Shown: in pieces, positions 14,560-27,137 of the stretch | Layout: each line of letters starts with the position of its first letter | Position numbering within the stretch: position 1 is the first letter of the stretch | Made by a program: the position numbers and the translations under genes | The notes under the pieces: model-generated | What the model saw: only the letters and a program-made list of their open reading frames with translations | Told to the model about the DNA's origin: nothing | The model's database searches: none | Source: Rhina ancylostomus | Taxonomy: Eukaryota | Length of the DNA: 64,000 nucleotides | Direction of reading: 5' to 3' | Assembly (NCBI GenBank): GCA_030265395.1 | Contig: JARFYF010000104.1 | Span: 56,245,472 to 56,309,471 of the forward strand

Positions 14560-15118
14560 AACTCTGAATGTACGGCGTCCCCTCTGGTTGGGGGGGGGGC
14601 ATAAAATTCTGCCCCTGGTTGTAGATAAAACTACCTGATGTGGGTTTTTTTATGGGTAAATTGAGGAAGGAGGGTTAGGCAGAGAGTGGAGTGGTGAGAA
14701 AAGGCTTTAATTATTCAGAATGTTAGAGTGATGCTTTGATCGGCGTGTGATGCGGTGTTTCAGAATTCCTGTCCATAGCGATCCTCTGGTGCAAGTATTT
14801 GCAAATGCCAGGCATTGTAAACAGGGTGGAATCAGGAGGCTAAAGAGCCAACCCCAAAGTTACCGAGTGCCATAGGTGGGAGTGATTTGTCCGGCAGATG
14901 TGAGAGTTTTACTTTCTTTTCGCTGTATCGAGGGACTTGGCGATTTTTTTAAGCGAACAGGACATGATCTCACATGTAGCGAGCTCTTTTAGTTCCTTAA
15001 TCATTTCACGGTTTGTTCAGAGCCTTTTCTCCACCTAAAACGTTTAGTTTCGGATCAATGGGCAGCACCAAAGACGCGACGGGGTAGCGGAAGAGTCAAA
15101 TTATCCGGAGCCGACAAA

Positions 15119-15153
<35 letters not shown>

Positions 15154-15212
15154 GCGAAAAGGAGAAACTTTTTTTCCAGTCTTCACAAAGGATTCGAAAT
15201 ACCACAACTAGT
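14560..15212 (+). promoter_or_regulatory. Putative promoter and 5' UTR of exon 1A
   Basis: CpG-containing, repeat-free sequence directly upstream of the exon 1A ATG, with a G-run and AT-rich TATA-like words. The TSS cannot be determined from sequence. Confidence 0.5.
15119..15152. repeat. (CA)n microsatellite in the exon 1A leader
   Basis: Read directly from the sequence. Confidence 0.95.
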
Positions 15213-15252
15213 ATGGAAAAAAACGGCAGCGCCCTCAGGAGTATCCGATCAG
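15213..15252 (+). CDS. pax5: Pax5 alternative first exon 1A, coding part (MEKNGSALRSIRS-G)
   Basis: Strong Kozak context agtATGg. The 40 nt end at G|GTAGGT (phase 1) and join exon 2 in frame as G-HGG. The peptide resembles mammalian Pax5a MDLEKNYPTPRTSRTG, and the leader motifs GGGGTAGCGGAAGAGTCAAATTATCCGG and GAAACTTTT resemble the recalled human 5' UTR. Confidence 0.75.
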
Positions 15253-18200
15253 GTAGGTTTATAAATCGTTCTGTGAAATGTACAAGTAATTCGAAAGCAT
15301 GAAGTGGCTGCATTGACAACAATCGGGTGTTTATTTTGTAGAGTTAAACAGTATTCAGTGGTTATAAAAAACTATCAAGACTTAAGACAATTTGTTTTTT
15401 TTTAAAGTGATATATCTTAAATAATCAAGATAGCCTTAATAAACATTCAAGTCTTGGAAACTGTTTAAAGTAAATTTAATGCTCTATGAAAACTTAAAAT
15501 GAACATTCAGCAGAAGTAAAAGGAAAGTATATCTCTGTGCATGGATAACGGCGATGGTACTGACGAAATGTACGGTTTCCAGGAGGTGTCTGGTTTACAC
15601 TGGATTCAGAGTTTCTCCATCAAAAATGAGCTTTGTAACTTTTTTATTACTCTCTGTGGGCGATTCCGGGTACAGTGAAGATAGATCAGGGGTCATTTCT
15701 GAGGTCCAATCAGTTAATTATATTTTAAAGCAAAATTATTTCACATTTAATTGCTTTTTGTTGAACATTTTCAAAGTGTTGGTGTCACTCTGAGCAACAG
15801 AAAACTGTAGGAATCTGGTCTGCAGCCGAAAGCGTTAGGAATAAAAAAAAGCTGCAATTCGCCACAAACTACTGCTTTCGTGTGCGAGGGAATGGGTCTG
15901 AGCTCTTGATTGTGTATATGATCGTGTGTACTTGTGCGCTCGTTGATTGAGGATGTTTATCGAGTTCTATTTTGTGCTGTTTCGCAACATAAAAATAGCC
16001 TAATGGCTGATTTCGGCGCCCTGTCACTGCCTTGTTTGCTTTGTGCATTCTTTTTTCAAATATGTGTACAGTTCGATTGCGGGTGGGGAGAAACTGGAAA
16101 TTGCTCATTCTGGCTTCTCTTTGGGAGATTATTAGACAATCGCTGTGATTGACCTGTGGGTGAATATCTACCTTCCCCCATCCCAGTAACTGCGTTTAAG
16201 TTAGCACCGCCACTCTGTCTAAATAAAAACTCGAAATGTGAAATTAAGGTGTGGGGCCTCGCTAACGACTAACTGATCCCGTTCAAATTTGCAGATAAGC
16301 ATAAACGTTCAAATTACAGCTTCTTAAAAGGACAAAAGGCAAAAATAAAAACTAAATTCCATTTAAAAAAACTGCTCTAGNNNNNNNNNNNNNNNNNNNN
16401 NNNNNNNNNNNNNNNNNNNNNNNNNNNNNNNNNNNNNNNNNNNNNNNNNNNNNNNNNNNNNNNNNNNNNNNNNNNNNNNNCTAAATTCCATTTAAAAAAA
16501 CTGCTCTAGCCTTTTCTCTGAAGATCTACGGGCCCGTCTGCCCCTAAAGACGTGTGATCATTCAGATGTACGCCCTTGTTTTGTGCAGACGGGTGCCGCT
16601 ATAGGAAAATGAAACTGAATTAAATTGACTTTTGGATTTTCATTTGCCCCTATTTTCTCTGATTAATATTCGTCTGTGGAATAATTCTAAACATTTTATC
16701 GGCAATTTTAAACCACACAGCTGCCACTTCGAGGTTTTTAACCGTGTGTTTTGAACAGAAGTAGATGGATTTGCCAATAACTTTCGTCATAGCACCAGGG
16801 CGTACTGAACCTTTAGGGTAAATCACGCTCCTTCACGGCCCTCGGATCAATTTGTCAACGCAACACCCAGCCGATCCCCGTTTCCTCCGATAAATCCAGT
16901 TTTATTCGCTTGTAGATATTTCCTATTAAAATGCAATCCGAATACTGAATGGAGGGGTGCCATTTTCATGGAACTGTTCGAACCCCCGTGCCCTGATATA
17001 GTCTAGGTCTAGGAAATAGGACAGCAAGTATAATACCACTGGAAAGTTGTATTTGTGATCTGTTTCTTCTGTGCTTAGACTGTGAAATATTGTTTTATTT
17101 TCTTCGGTATGTCATCTCACCTGTGGACCCAGCTGATTCCGTAAAACGAAGTAATCTCCATTGAGTAGCGTTAAATCGTTACCAATATCAATCGCCTCGA
17201 TATACCGAGCACAAAACAAAACGGACGCTGAGATCTTATTGTTGTGAACAATGAGGAAGAAACAGCTTACATAATTAGCGATAAAAGCAGGGGATGTATC
17301 GCCGTGTGAAATGGCATATAAGTTTCCGAGTATTTCAAGACACGTTTTTTTAACTCTAATTTAAACATAAATTCAACAGGTTTGTTCACCATTCTATAAA
17401 CCCAGACCAAAACGTCCATTACTTGACTCGTCAAGGATGAGGTCGGAGGATCTTCCCTCAACCTTTACCATTCACTGCCTCACACACCTCCCACTGCCCT
17501 CGTCTCTTTTAAATATTTAATCCAGATAATAGACGACAGTTTATGTCGAGAGAATCGAGTAATTCAAGGAAACTCAATCGCGAGTTCCAATTCTTAATGC
17601 AGGAAGTCCAATGCCGATGCAACTCGGTAACCGATGGCATTCTTAAAATCGCAGTTTGCCCATCACCCCTTCCTCTATTTAAAATAACACAAGGCCGTCT
17701 GCAGTCAGTTGATTTACGGGGCGCTCTTTTAACAGGACAGATTGCTCTTCCTTTCAATGACAATGCGTTAAAATAAAAGAAACAGAATAGACGATTCGCA
17801 GACTGGATCCAAAATGTTTCAATATAAAGGAAAACATCCCACATATTGACCTCAAGTACACAGCGTATTAATTTGAAATCTGTCGCATAGTTCACGTGGA
17901 ATCACCGAAAACAAAGAGACAGGGTGTGAGATCCTGCGCCCTTCACCCTCTGACTGACCCCTCCACCCTTCCCCAGTTCAACTTTCGAAAGGACCCTGCC
18001 CAGTTATCGATCATAAAGGGCACTGGTTGCTGTGCCTGACACAAGAATGAATTTGTGCCATTCTAGGACATTAGCTGCTTTTCCTGTCTGTGACCCGTGA
18101 AATAATCTATATCATTGTTTACTTTCAGCTTTCTGGCTGACAGATGACAGTGTCGAAAGCCTTTGTATCAGCACGTGCGAGTCACGCTTGTTCGGTGTGG

Positions 18201-21200
18201 TCGGGCCTGTTTTAAGGTGCTGCCTTTTAGTTAATTAGTTGCCCTTTTGATGATGAACTTTACATCATCTGCGTGCATAATCGCAGATTAAATAAACCCT
18301 AACTGGGTATCTGTCACGCACTATTTGTGCACATAGACAGACGTTTAAACAGTGTTAGCTTTCAGAGAAACTGCATTACAATAATAATATTGAAAAAAAA
18401 CTGGAAATAAAATTAGTAGCTAGAATGGAATAATTACTTTCCATTATGGAACTTGTTCCTTACTTAAAACAAGTCGGACATCCTTGAGAAATAATTACAA
18501 GGATTTCTACGTGTTGGCTTCAGAACAGATGCCGAAACTGTCCACTTAACAGGGTAAATGCCCATTGAATGAACTGGTTTTACAATGATGCATTTTAAAG
18601 ACGTGGGACAGGTGTTACTATATGATTGAGATTCCTTCATGAAACATTGGAGATCAATTCCTATTAGTGAGTTTGGGGCAAAAAAAAAACACACACCCCT
18701 CACATCTCTGTCAAACTAGACTCAGTGGGCCTTTGACTTCCAGATTTCCGGTCCAGGAAACCTGCAGCAGGAATGTCCCCCAGAGGATGCAAGGAGAAAA
18801 GCTATTCAGTGAAATGAANNNNNNNNNNNNNNNNNNNNNNNNNNNNNNNNCCCTCCCCGCATCAAAAAAACCCAGAAAACTTGCCAAGGAAACGGGCAGC
18901 AGTTCCTTACAATGGAAAAGCAATAGGCTAGCCTTCGCCCCTTGAAGAGAATAGCTTCACTTTCTGCTCCTTTATAGCCAAACCCACCAGACTAGGAGGA
19001 CGTGTGAAAGAAAGAGAGAAGGACTGCAGTTTTCTCATTGTTTTTTAGCCGTTGGCAGATTCAGATATTACAACTTGCACGGAAGCACTGTGGTTTGGAG
19101 TCTCTAGTGAGGCCCACATCTCCCTGCGTGGATAAAATCACGTTTTTGGCCATCTTCACACTCGCAAACAATTCCTAGCTCCTTCTACAATGTCTCCCTT
19201 AAATCAATGGCCTTATATGTTTCTTGATGCAGGAAGATTAGATTTTTGAGGCGGCAAGTGTCAGTCACCTGTCAGTCTGCAAGACAACACAAGAGTTAGC
19301 TAGACCTTTCGAAGTACGCTCTATAGTATACAAGAGGAATCGATAGATGTGTTATCTTCCGTCACAATTCTCTCCATAATTCATCCCCTTTACCTGTTCC
19401 ACGGATCCAAATATGAAATATTGTAAATAGTGAAAAGCAGGTCAGAGATCTAACATCAGACCTATAAAGTACACTGCCAACAAGGTTATATAAAGGTACA
19501 CATTGGTGATTGATACAATTTGTACTTCGCACCGTGCACCTCGTGTAGATCTGAGTGAATTCAGGGGCAAGTGGCACTGTCAAAGGTGAATAACCAATCA
19601 TTTGCAAAAGAACTTTTGTCATTTTCACTGTTAAATTTGGAAGAATAACCATTTAAAGATGATTCCGTTCTTCTGCATCACTCTCAAAATTTTCGGAGAT
19701 AACAAAATATGCATAAAAAATAACCAGTGAAACCAATGCGTGTGATCATTATCTAAACCTTAACTCAGCTTTGAATCTCCACCAATACCTAATAACTGGC
19801 AAAAGCTCGTTAACATCAACCTATTTACCAGCAATGTATCTTTACATACCATTCCTGATTACTAGAGCGGGTTAATTTTGTTCTAAATGCCACAGCCTTA
19901 ATCCCCGCTTTAAATCGAGGTTCTATTAGTGAAAATAAAGTATCTCAATTAATTTTACACAAAATGTTTTCGTTCAGGAGAATTTCGGGAGCAAATAACA
20001 CACTTTTATTTGACTGGGTCTCTCACACTGGCCTGTCGGATTCACTTTGGACCTGGGATATGAATTACATCATTAAACAATCTGGGATTATCATTAAATC
20101 AGAAATGATATCATGTCATTACATGTCGGGATTGTTGATGTACGAAGGCAACTTCTTAAACTAAGGGGTTGACATTTATGGCGGTTCTATGAATAGCTGC
20201 CTAAATTTAATAGTACTACTTCCGCATGGTACTGACTTTTGATTATTGATTAGGCCCAACGATTAGGTTCAAAAATGTTCAAAATCTTAAATTATGTCAA
20301 AATTATAACGATCAAAATAATGTCGCCTTTAATTAGTTGACAATAGCAACATCCCTTTGATCTCACTGTCATTGCCACTAATCTTCAAGCCCTTAAGTGA
20401 AGGTTATCGAAGCGACTGCTTTGCTTTCCTGGAGTCCATCCCCAAATGCTAACGAATAACGTTTCAAGGACGAACGGTTAAATGCAATTAAAACAACGAT
20501 TTAGGGTGAAATGGGGAACGATGAAACTATGCAGGAATTATAGAATGGAAAAAGGCAACGAGCGAAAATTGTGCCGAAGGATAGAGAGAGATATGTCTAG
20601 GGAAACACGAGGAGGGGAAGTGGGACCGCGAAAGAGAAAGTGACAATCTGTAGGTGGTGAGTGTTAGTGCCCTCTGTCGAAGGTTCCAATGTACAGCTCC
20701 GCATAAACGCTGTATTCTTCCCATCGTTCTCACCCCACTCCCTCCCCCAGAGTGAGCGATTACACGGGAGTTTAAAGGAAAATTCGAGAGGACTCTCTTG
20801 ATCCCTGCATCTAAACTGGAAACGGAAGTGGCGCAAGAAATGTCTCCCTCGTTTTATTCTATGTTGCACACAGAAGCTGCATCTACACCGGAGTGCGGAT
20901 TAAATTGAAAAAGACCCAGTTCAGTTGAGGATGGGTGTGATGTTCCCCTACTTAGTGGAATGCATTGGTTTAAGTTTCAAATATTCAGCGCACAGAAGTT
21001 CCTAGATTATCTGCGGTTGAAGTTACACTAGAAACATGCTCTTAGACCAGTTTGCTCGCTGCATTATCTTTCAGAGCCCTGTCGCCAATTGCAATGCGTG
21101 CTACTCCTAATGACGAATTTAACAAAAGGCCTCTGTGCCTAGGAGTTTGGATACATATGTGGGTGATTGTTCCCCAGGAAGTTAATTTTAATGTTGAAAG

Positions 21201-21824
21201 ACAGAGAGAGAGAGAGAGAGAGAGTTAGAATGTCAGCATTAAAATCCAATGAAAAGTTTCTGAAGTCGGAATGGCCCCAAATGAATCGCAAGCAATTTTG
21301 AAAATTGCTCGGCGGTGGAGTTATACTTCCTCTGTGCCAAAGACGGTCGCTCAGTTCTTGCTTCAGTACCTTCTTGAATCAGATGGCCAATTTGACTCCC
21401 GATTTACACTACACTTCACCACTAAGCACTCCTGACATAACTGTCCATATGGTACTAACAGTCTACCATATAGTTATGGACCCAGATCCTTCCGATTTCA
21501 CCTTTAACCCGGTAACGTACGCGCACAGCTGCCATTAAAACAGAATGAAGATGCAAGTTGACTGGGTTTGCTCCATCCGTTATGCAAACCAAGAGCATTA
21601 ATAGTATTGAGTAAAATATATCTTGGGTGGACCTTTGGGAAAGGATACCGACCTGAAAGCCCCTCATTGAGCTGGAGCTCTGAGCCACATAGCCGCTTTT
21701 CCGGGCTACAACCACAAACCATGTCCCCTCCCACGCGAAGACGCAAAAGAAATTCTGCGTTTGGTGCTGGGTGTTAGGAATTGTCGGGGGTTATAAAAAC
21801 AGAACTGTTAAAAGGAGTCTGGGT

Positions 21825-21975
21825 ACGCAGTATCTGTGGTGAAAGATGCAATTAACGTTTCAGGTCAACGACCTGCAAGCCGTCATGCTGACAATGTTAA
21901 CCCTGTTTCTTTCTCCACAGATGCTACCTGGTCCGCTGTGGATTTTCAGCATCTGTAGTTCTTTGCTTTTCCATT
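21825..21975. mobile_element. Penelope-derived inverted-repeat (hairpin) element
   Basis: gcagtatctgtgg..ttaacgtttcag is the reverse complement of ctgacaatgttaac..ccacagatgctac. Confidence 0.65.
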
Positions 21976-22004
21976 GCCGTGGGTTTGTGGGGAGGTAGGG
22001 TAGT

Positions 22005-22150
22005 AGTCGGACACAAAGGGTATCAAGGGGTACGGAAGAGGGCGGGAATATGACATGGCACTGAGACAGATGAACAACTATGTTTGTATTGAATGGCGGA
22101 GTAGACTCCAATAACCCGATGACTTACTCCTGCTCCTATTTTATAACTTC
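22005..22150 (+). mobile_element. CR1-type 3' terminal fragment
   Basis: gggtatcaaggggtacgg...attgaatggcggagtagactc...tactcctgctcctatt, a typical CR1 tail. Confidence 0.6.
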
Positions 22151-25100
22151 ATAATTCAGTGTCCAGGACTCATGTTACTGGAACCAGGGCAGGAGAAAGT
22201 TTACACTCGGTTTTAAAAATAGAATTTTTATTTCCCAAAAATTAAAAAAAAATCAGAAGTGTTCAAGAACAGTTCATGTTATAATTTACAATTGCTTCAT
22301 TATTGTCTTTTGAAGGATGGAAACAAGTCCCCTTTCCCGTACCACCTATATACGACCCCCGAACTATTCCAACAAAGGGGGGGGGGTTAGTTCTCAAATG
22401 CTCCCCAGAATTGCCTAGAAACCCAGACTGTTACTCTGCCCGAGAAATAATTTCAGTGTTGCCATCAACTCCCTTAAATAAAAACTCAACGCCTCCAAAG
22501 CATGAGGTATCTATACATACGCTCATACTCTGATCTTTGACAATCAGAGCTAATCGTAAACTCCAAGCACATTTATATACAGACCGTAATATTTCCTCAT
22601 TGGCCGCATTGGCTGTGTTTTGTGATCTGTCTATCCTCTGTGGTGAATATTCCGTGCATATATGGGGGCACACAAAATCCGCCGCAAAGCAGCATTGCAA
22701 TGCGGGTTAATTGGCCTCCCGCAGTACAAAGGGGTTGTCCCCACCTCTCCCTTTTTAGCCGTCGCTGCTTGTGCGTCCCCAATAAAAAAATTCTAGACAG
22801 ATACACTTGTTAGCTGCTGCTTCGATGACACTTAGACTTAAATATTCTTCGATCAATTCAATTTTGTGTAAGGTATTTGGGATTTTAAATTCGTGTTCTG
22901 GAATGAGTCAGGTATTCTCTTATCATGAAATCACGCAAAGAGTTTCCCAACATACTTTCGATATGAACAGGAACAGAAGGGATAGATTTGAACCCGTAAA
23001 ATGAAGGATGCTCTATTGCTCTTTGAGGTTTATGCCACCAAAGATCCAACACGCGTAGTTTATTACTCAAGAGGTTTTTATGTCAGAAGTTATAAGTTTG
23101 AATCACTAATTAGGAAAGGCTTCTAGTTAACGATTATTGTGCAGTTTAGATAGCTCGGCGATTGGCTTAAATACAATGGAGGTTAGGTTGACGATTTAAA
23201 TCGACAATTTTATGTATTTCTAAACTTTAAAATCTTTTCTAACACATGAAAACGTCAAAAGTATTGGAGAAAAGTTTGACTTTTGTCTTATATCAAGGAG
23301 AATTCTACTAGAAATAATTCGAGAAGTATAACAATTTTCAGAGCCATAACAAGCAGCTGGTATTCACTGCCACTGAAGTCGGGAGGAGATTAGAACAATA
23401 CAACACATTCACATTGTCTATTCCAAGTGAGTGGTACTAATGGCAAATAAAACTAAATCATAATTTAGTTTGTCCTACTAATTATATAATTTCGCCCCGC
23501 GATACCGGCAGACAGGTTGTGACCGCGCAGCCCCTTTCCCGAGCCGTCACAGGATCCTAAAGGGATATGAGCAGTCAGAGCAATCCTCCCATTGAATTTC
23601 TGGACTTATGGATGGAGCCTTTGGGAAGACCCAAAGGCATTCAAGCGAGCAAGTTCCTCATCCTGCCGCCTATTCTCTCTGCACCTGTTGGCCAAAGTGT
23701 TTGAGCGTTGGGCTAAAACTTGGTCAGAAATTGAGCCTCTGTTTATTTATAGCTGCAGCAGAACGAACAGTCAATGAAATTGGAATAGATAAAACTAATC
23801 TCTACTTGTTTGCTTTTGATAGCACGCAGAATTTTATGAAGGGCATTAACTGCTTTACTTGGATCGTGGTACCACTCCTTGGCTTGTAACACGAAGGCAT
23901 TTCTAAATTACAGAGATGAATGGGTGCTTTCTTCAATTCCTTGCATGAAGAACTAGCGACATAATAGCAACACCTCTGGGTGTCAATGTCAGAAAAAAAA
24001 GGCCAAATTGCCCTTTAATAGTCCCATTTGGACCCATTTGAAAACCAGCCTGGTGGACAAGGCCTCGGTTGAAGCCTCATTCACATTTAGAAATAACGTA
24101 ACTATTTGTATCCATAGCACAGAAGTCCTTCGAAAAATGTAACTTTAGAGAAGTTCACACTGAGTCTCTGCTACCCAAATATTTACTGTGTTTACTAACA
24201 CTTTACGTTTGGCGTCAGATAGCTGTTGGAGACGAAACTGCGAGCTTGCTGATGTGAAAACAAAGTGATATCTTGAAAATCATTTATGCACAGCCGCAGG
24301 TGATAACTGAACACACGGCTTCAGCGAAAGAACTAAAATGGGGGAAGGGCGGCACCAGAATATTGAAATTATTAAAGACTTGGCTCAGGAACGCTGAATT
24401 AGATTAAGGAAAATACATTGAACCCCACAAAGGGGTTGCAATATCTCACCAAAGGCATTTTATTTATATTTGAAGGTATCACGTCCTCATTTCAGCAACA
24501 CCCAGCGTCGAAAATTTACCATATTCCTATGGTTCGATTGGAAGTTTCCATAACCCCATGAAATTCAGCCTTCTAGCTAACTCTCTATTCCTTTTATGCT
24601 CCGTCGTAACTCGAGCGTTCCATTAAAACAAAATACGGATTAACATTTTCGTTTATGATTACCCAGGTGTCTTAGAATTGTGGAAATGTTTGAAAGAAAA
24701 AAATAAGTTATCCAGCAGGTCGCAGTTAGTAACGGTGACATTTTATTTCTCTTACATTAATATTTTACCGTAGTTATAAAATGTAAAGAATTGCTGATAA
24801 ACTATGAACTTATATTTGTAGACATTCTTATGTCGATATTAAAGCAGTTGTCTGCTGAGGGGCCGAAGTTATAGTAGTGGTTAATACACAATACGCAATA
24901 CACAAATTAACTTTTGACTTGAAATATCAAATGCGTTTTAAACATGTTTTTATTTGCTGAGTTTTACTATGAAACCTTTGAAAATTATTTGTTGATTTTC
25001 AGACTAAAGCAACAAAGCGATTTGTTTCTATACTTTTGGCTGGCGGATACATAAGTAGTATGCGTCCCACATTGATGAGCTGCTGCTGTTGTCTATTTGA

Positions 25101-26189
25101 AATGTCGAATCAACAAATGCAATAATTTATGAAATAGTACTGGAATTGTACGGTTATTGATTAAGAGAAGATTATCCAAAAATTATCTAGTAGCTTCAAT
25201 ACAGACAGAGCTTATGATCCACAAATAAAAAGTACACTGTGCAAATAAGAGCAAATGTATGTGTAAATACAACTCGTACATATATTCCTGTGTGTGTAAG
25301 TACAGATGTACATCTGTGCACGTGCACGTACAGAAAAAAATCAGCTCCCATGTGGTCTCCAGCTGCAGGTGGAAATTCAACAATAAAAGTGCCCCTCAGA
25401 GCAGGGCTAACCACGATTACAATTAAGTCTGTGTGAGTGACCATTAAGATATTTTAAATAATGAAAATAGAGCTACGTTGGTTTAGAAGATTAACTCGTC
25501 CTGGGGTGACTTTTTTCATAAATTCCCGGATTTCGGAGTTGACGATTCCCAAAGTGCCTGTAGTAGAACAAATATTTTATACTCAATTAATGTTACATAC
25601 TTACTAAATGATTAATGCATTTTCACTGCATTCAGCCTACATAATAACAAAGTAACATTGGATGTGAGGCACGTTGTAAATACATGACACCTGTTAACTG
25701 TCTATAAAAGTGATTCTCTGGCTAAAGTTTTACAAAATGTTTATTAAAAGCGGCGAGTGTTTAAAACAAAATACTCAGGATCTTATATCTATATTATAAT
25801 TCGATATACAAATCGACACTTTACTATTAACAGCATTGCATTCAGTCCTTTCTTAGAATAATTTTGTAAATACATTTTGCAACAATGCCTTAATTTTGTT
25901 GTGACGCAATTGTTTCGTTTTATTAACCTAGCTAATATCGCTCAGCCGTAAGTGTCAACTTTTACATTGCTTTCTTAACTGGTATTACTGCTAAAGTCAG
26001 GCACTAGAATTTTACAGACTCCTTAACTTAGAATAGAAATGAATGACTTATTTATATAAACAAAAAGAAGCAAAAAGGATTTGCTTTGGAATATAATTGT
26101 CTAAAATTATTCAAATGAAAAATTAGATTCCGTTTTGGACATTTGAATTAATTCCCTTTAATAGAGAGACGCTACTCCAGGGTTTAACA

Positions 26190-27094
26190 GAATGGACCAA
26201 TCAGAATACAACATGAGATAACCAGTTATCAANNNNNNNNNNNNNNNNNNNNNNNNNNNNNNNNNNNNNNNNNNNNNNNNNNNNNNNNNNNNNNNNNNNN
26301 NNNNNNNNNNNNNNNNNNNNNNNNNNNNNNNNAAAACGACCGCTTCGTGTAATCGCTACGACTTGCAGATAATTGGTGAACGTTAAAAAGCAGGTCCGTA
26401 CGATTGGCCAACTTTCTCAGATGAGGATGAGGGTCATTGGTGAATGAATCAGCCGCTCACACGATGATTGGCCAAGACCTTGAGTTGGTTGGTGTTATTG
26501 GTCCATGGGAACGGCAAAGATTGCTTGACTGGCTGGTGATGATGTGATTGACAGTAGCCGGGGCTGTGCGTCGTCCCCGCAGGGCTGAGCCTCGGGCGAA
26601 TCAGCGCCGAATCACTGTGGGCTCAGCCACATTTAAACACTATGGAGGAGACTGAGCGCGACTGAATACAGAGCAGGGGGCCAGCGCACTCCGGGGAAAC
26701 AGGAACCCGCCTTTGCACACACAGCGGACAAATTGCACAGGAAAACGCCAAAAAAAAGAGAAGCTGGAATTCTTAAAAGGATTTTTTTCCGGGTGTGAAC
26801 GATTTCGAAGTTAAAATTCACTGCTGTCACTGAGTAGCAATTGGATTCATTTTTTGGGGGCATTGCATTGCATCTGACAAACTTAACTTTCACGTTTCTT
26901 GCACAATCCGCCTGAAACCTTGAGGATCACAAAGCTGTAGAACCTACAATTAGTGGCTGGGATCGAGATCTTCTTCTGGGTTTGCGTGGGGCGCTGCTCA
27001 CCCTCTTTTGTTTTTTGGGAGTATAGGTGAAGGGGTTAAATCCAGACCAGAAAATCGAGGTTTTCTCCGAGTTGAAGACCGGCTGCGCCTTTTC
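26190..27094 (+). promoter_or_regulatory. Putative promoter and 5' UTR of exon 1B with multiple CCAAT boxes
   Basis: CCAAT at 26197; ATTGG at 26372, 26403, 26436, 26467 and 26497; CpG-rich stretch at ~26555-26720; TATA-like ATTTAAA at 26631. Confidence 0.7.
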
Positions 27095-27137
27095 ATGGAA
27101 ATCCACTGTAAGCACGACCCGTTTGCAGCAATGCATA
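27095..27137 (+). CDS. pax5: Pax5 alternative first exon 1B, coding part (MEIHCKHDPFAAMH-R)
   Basis: Translates to MEIHCKHDPFAAMH, nearly identical to the vertebrate Pax5b N-terminus. The donor A|GTAAGT is phase 1 and joins exon 2 as R-HGG. Confidence 0.96.

Noticed and set aside
16352-16510. Direct repeat ctaaattccatttaaaaaaactgctctag flanking a 100-N gap
   Set aside because: Same scaffolding artefact.
26642-26665. Short upstream ORF MEETERD* before exon 1B
   Set aside because: It begins ~11 bp after the TATA-like element, so the ATG is probably upstream of the TSS. No other support.
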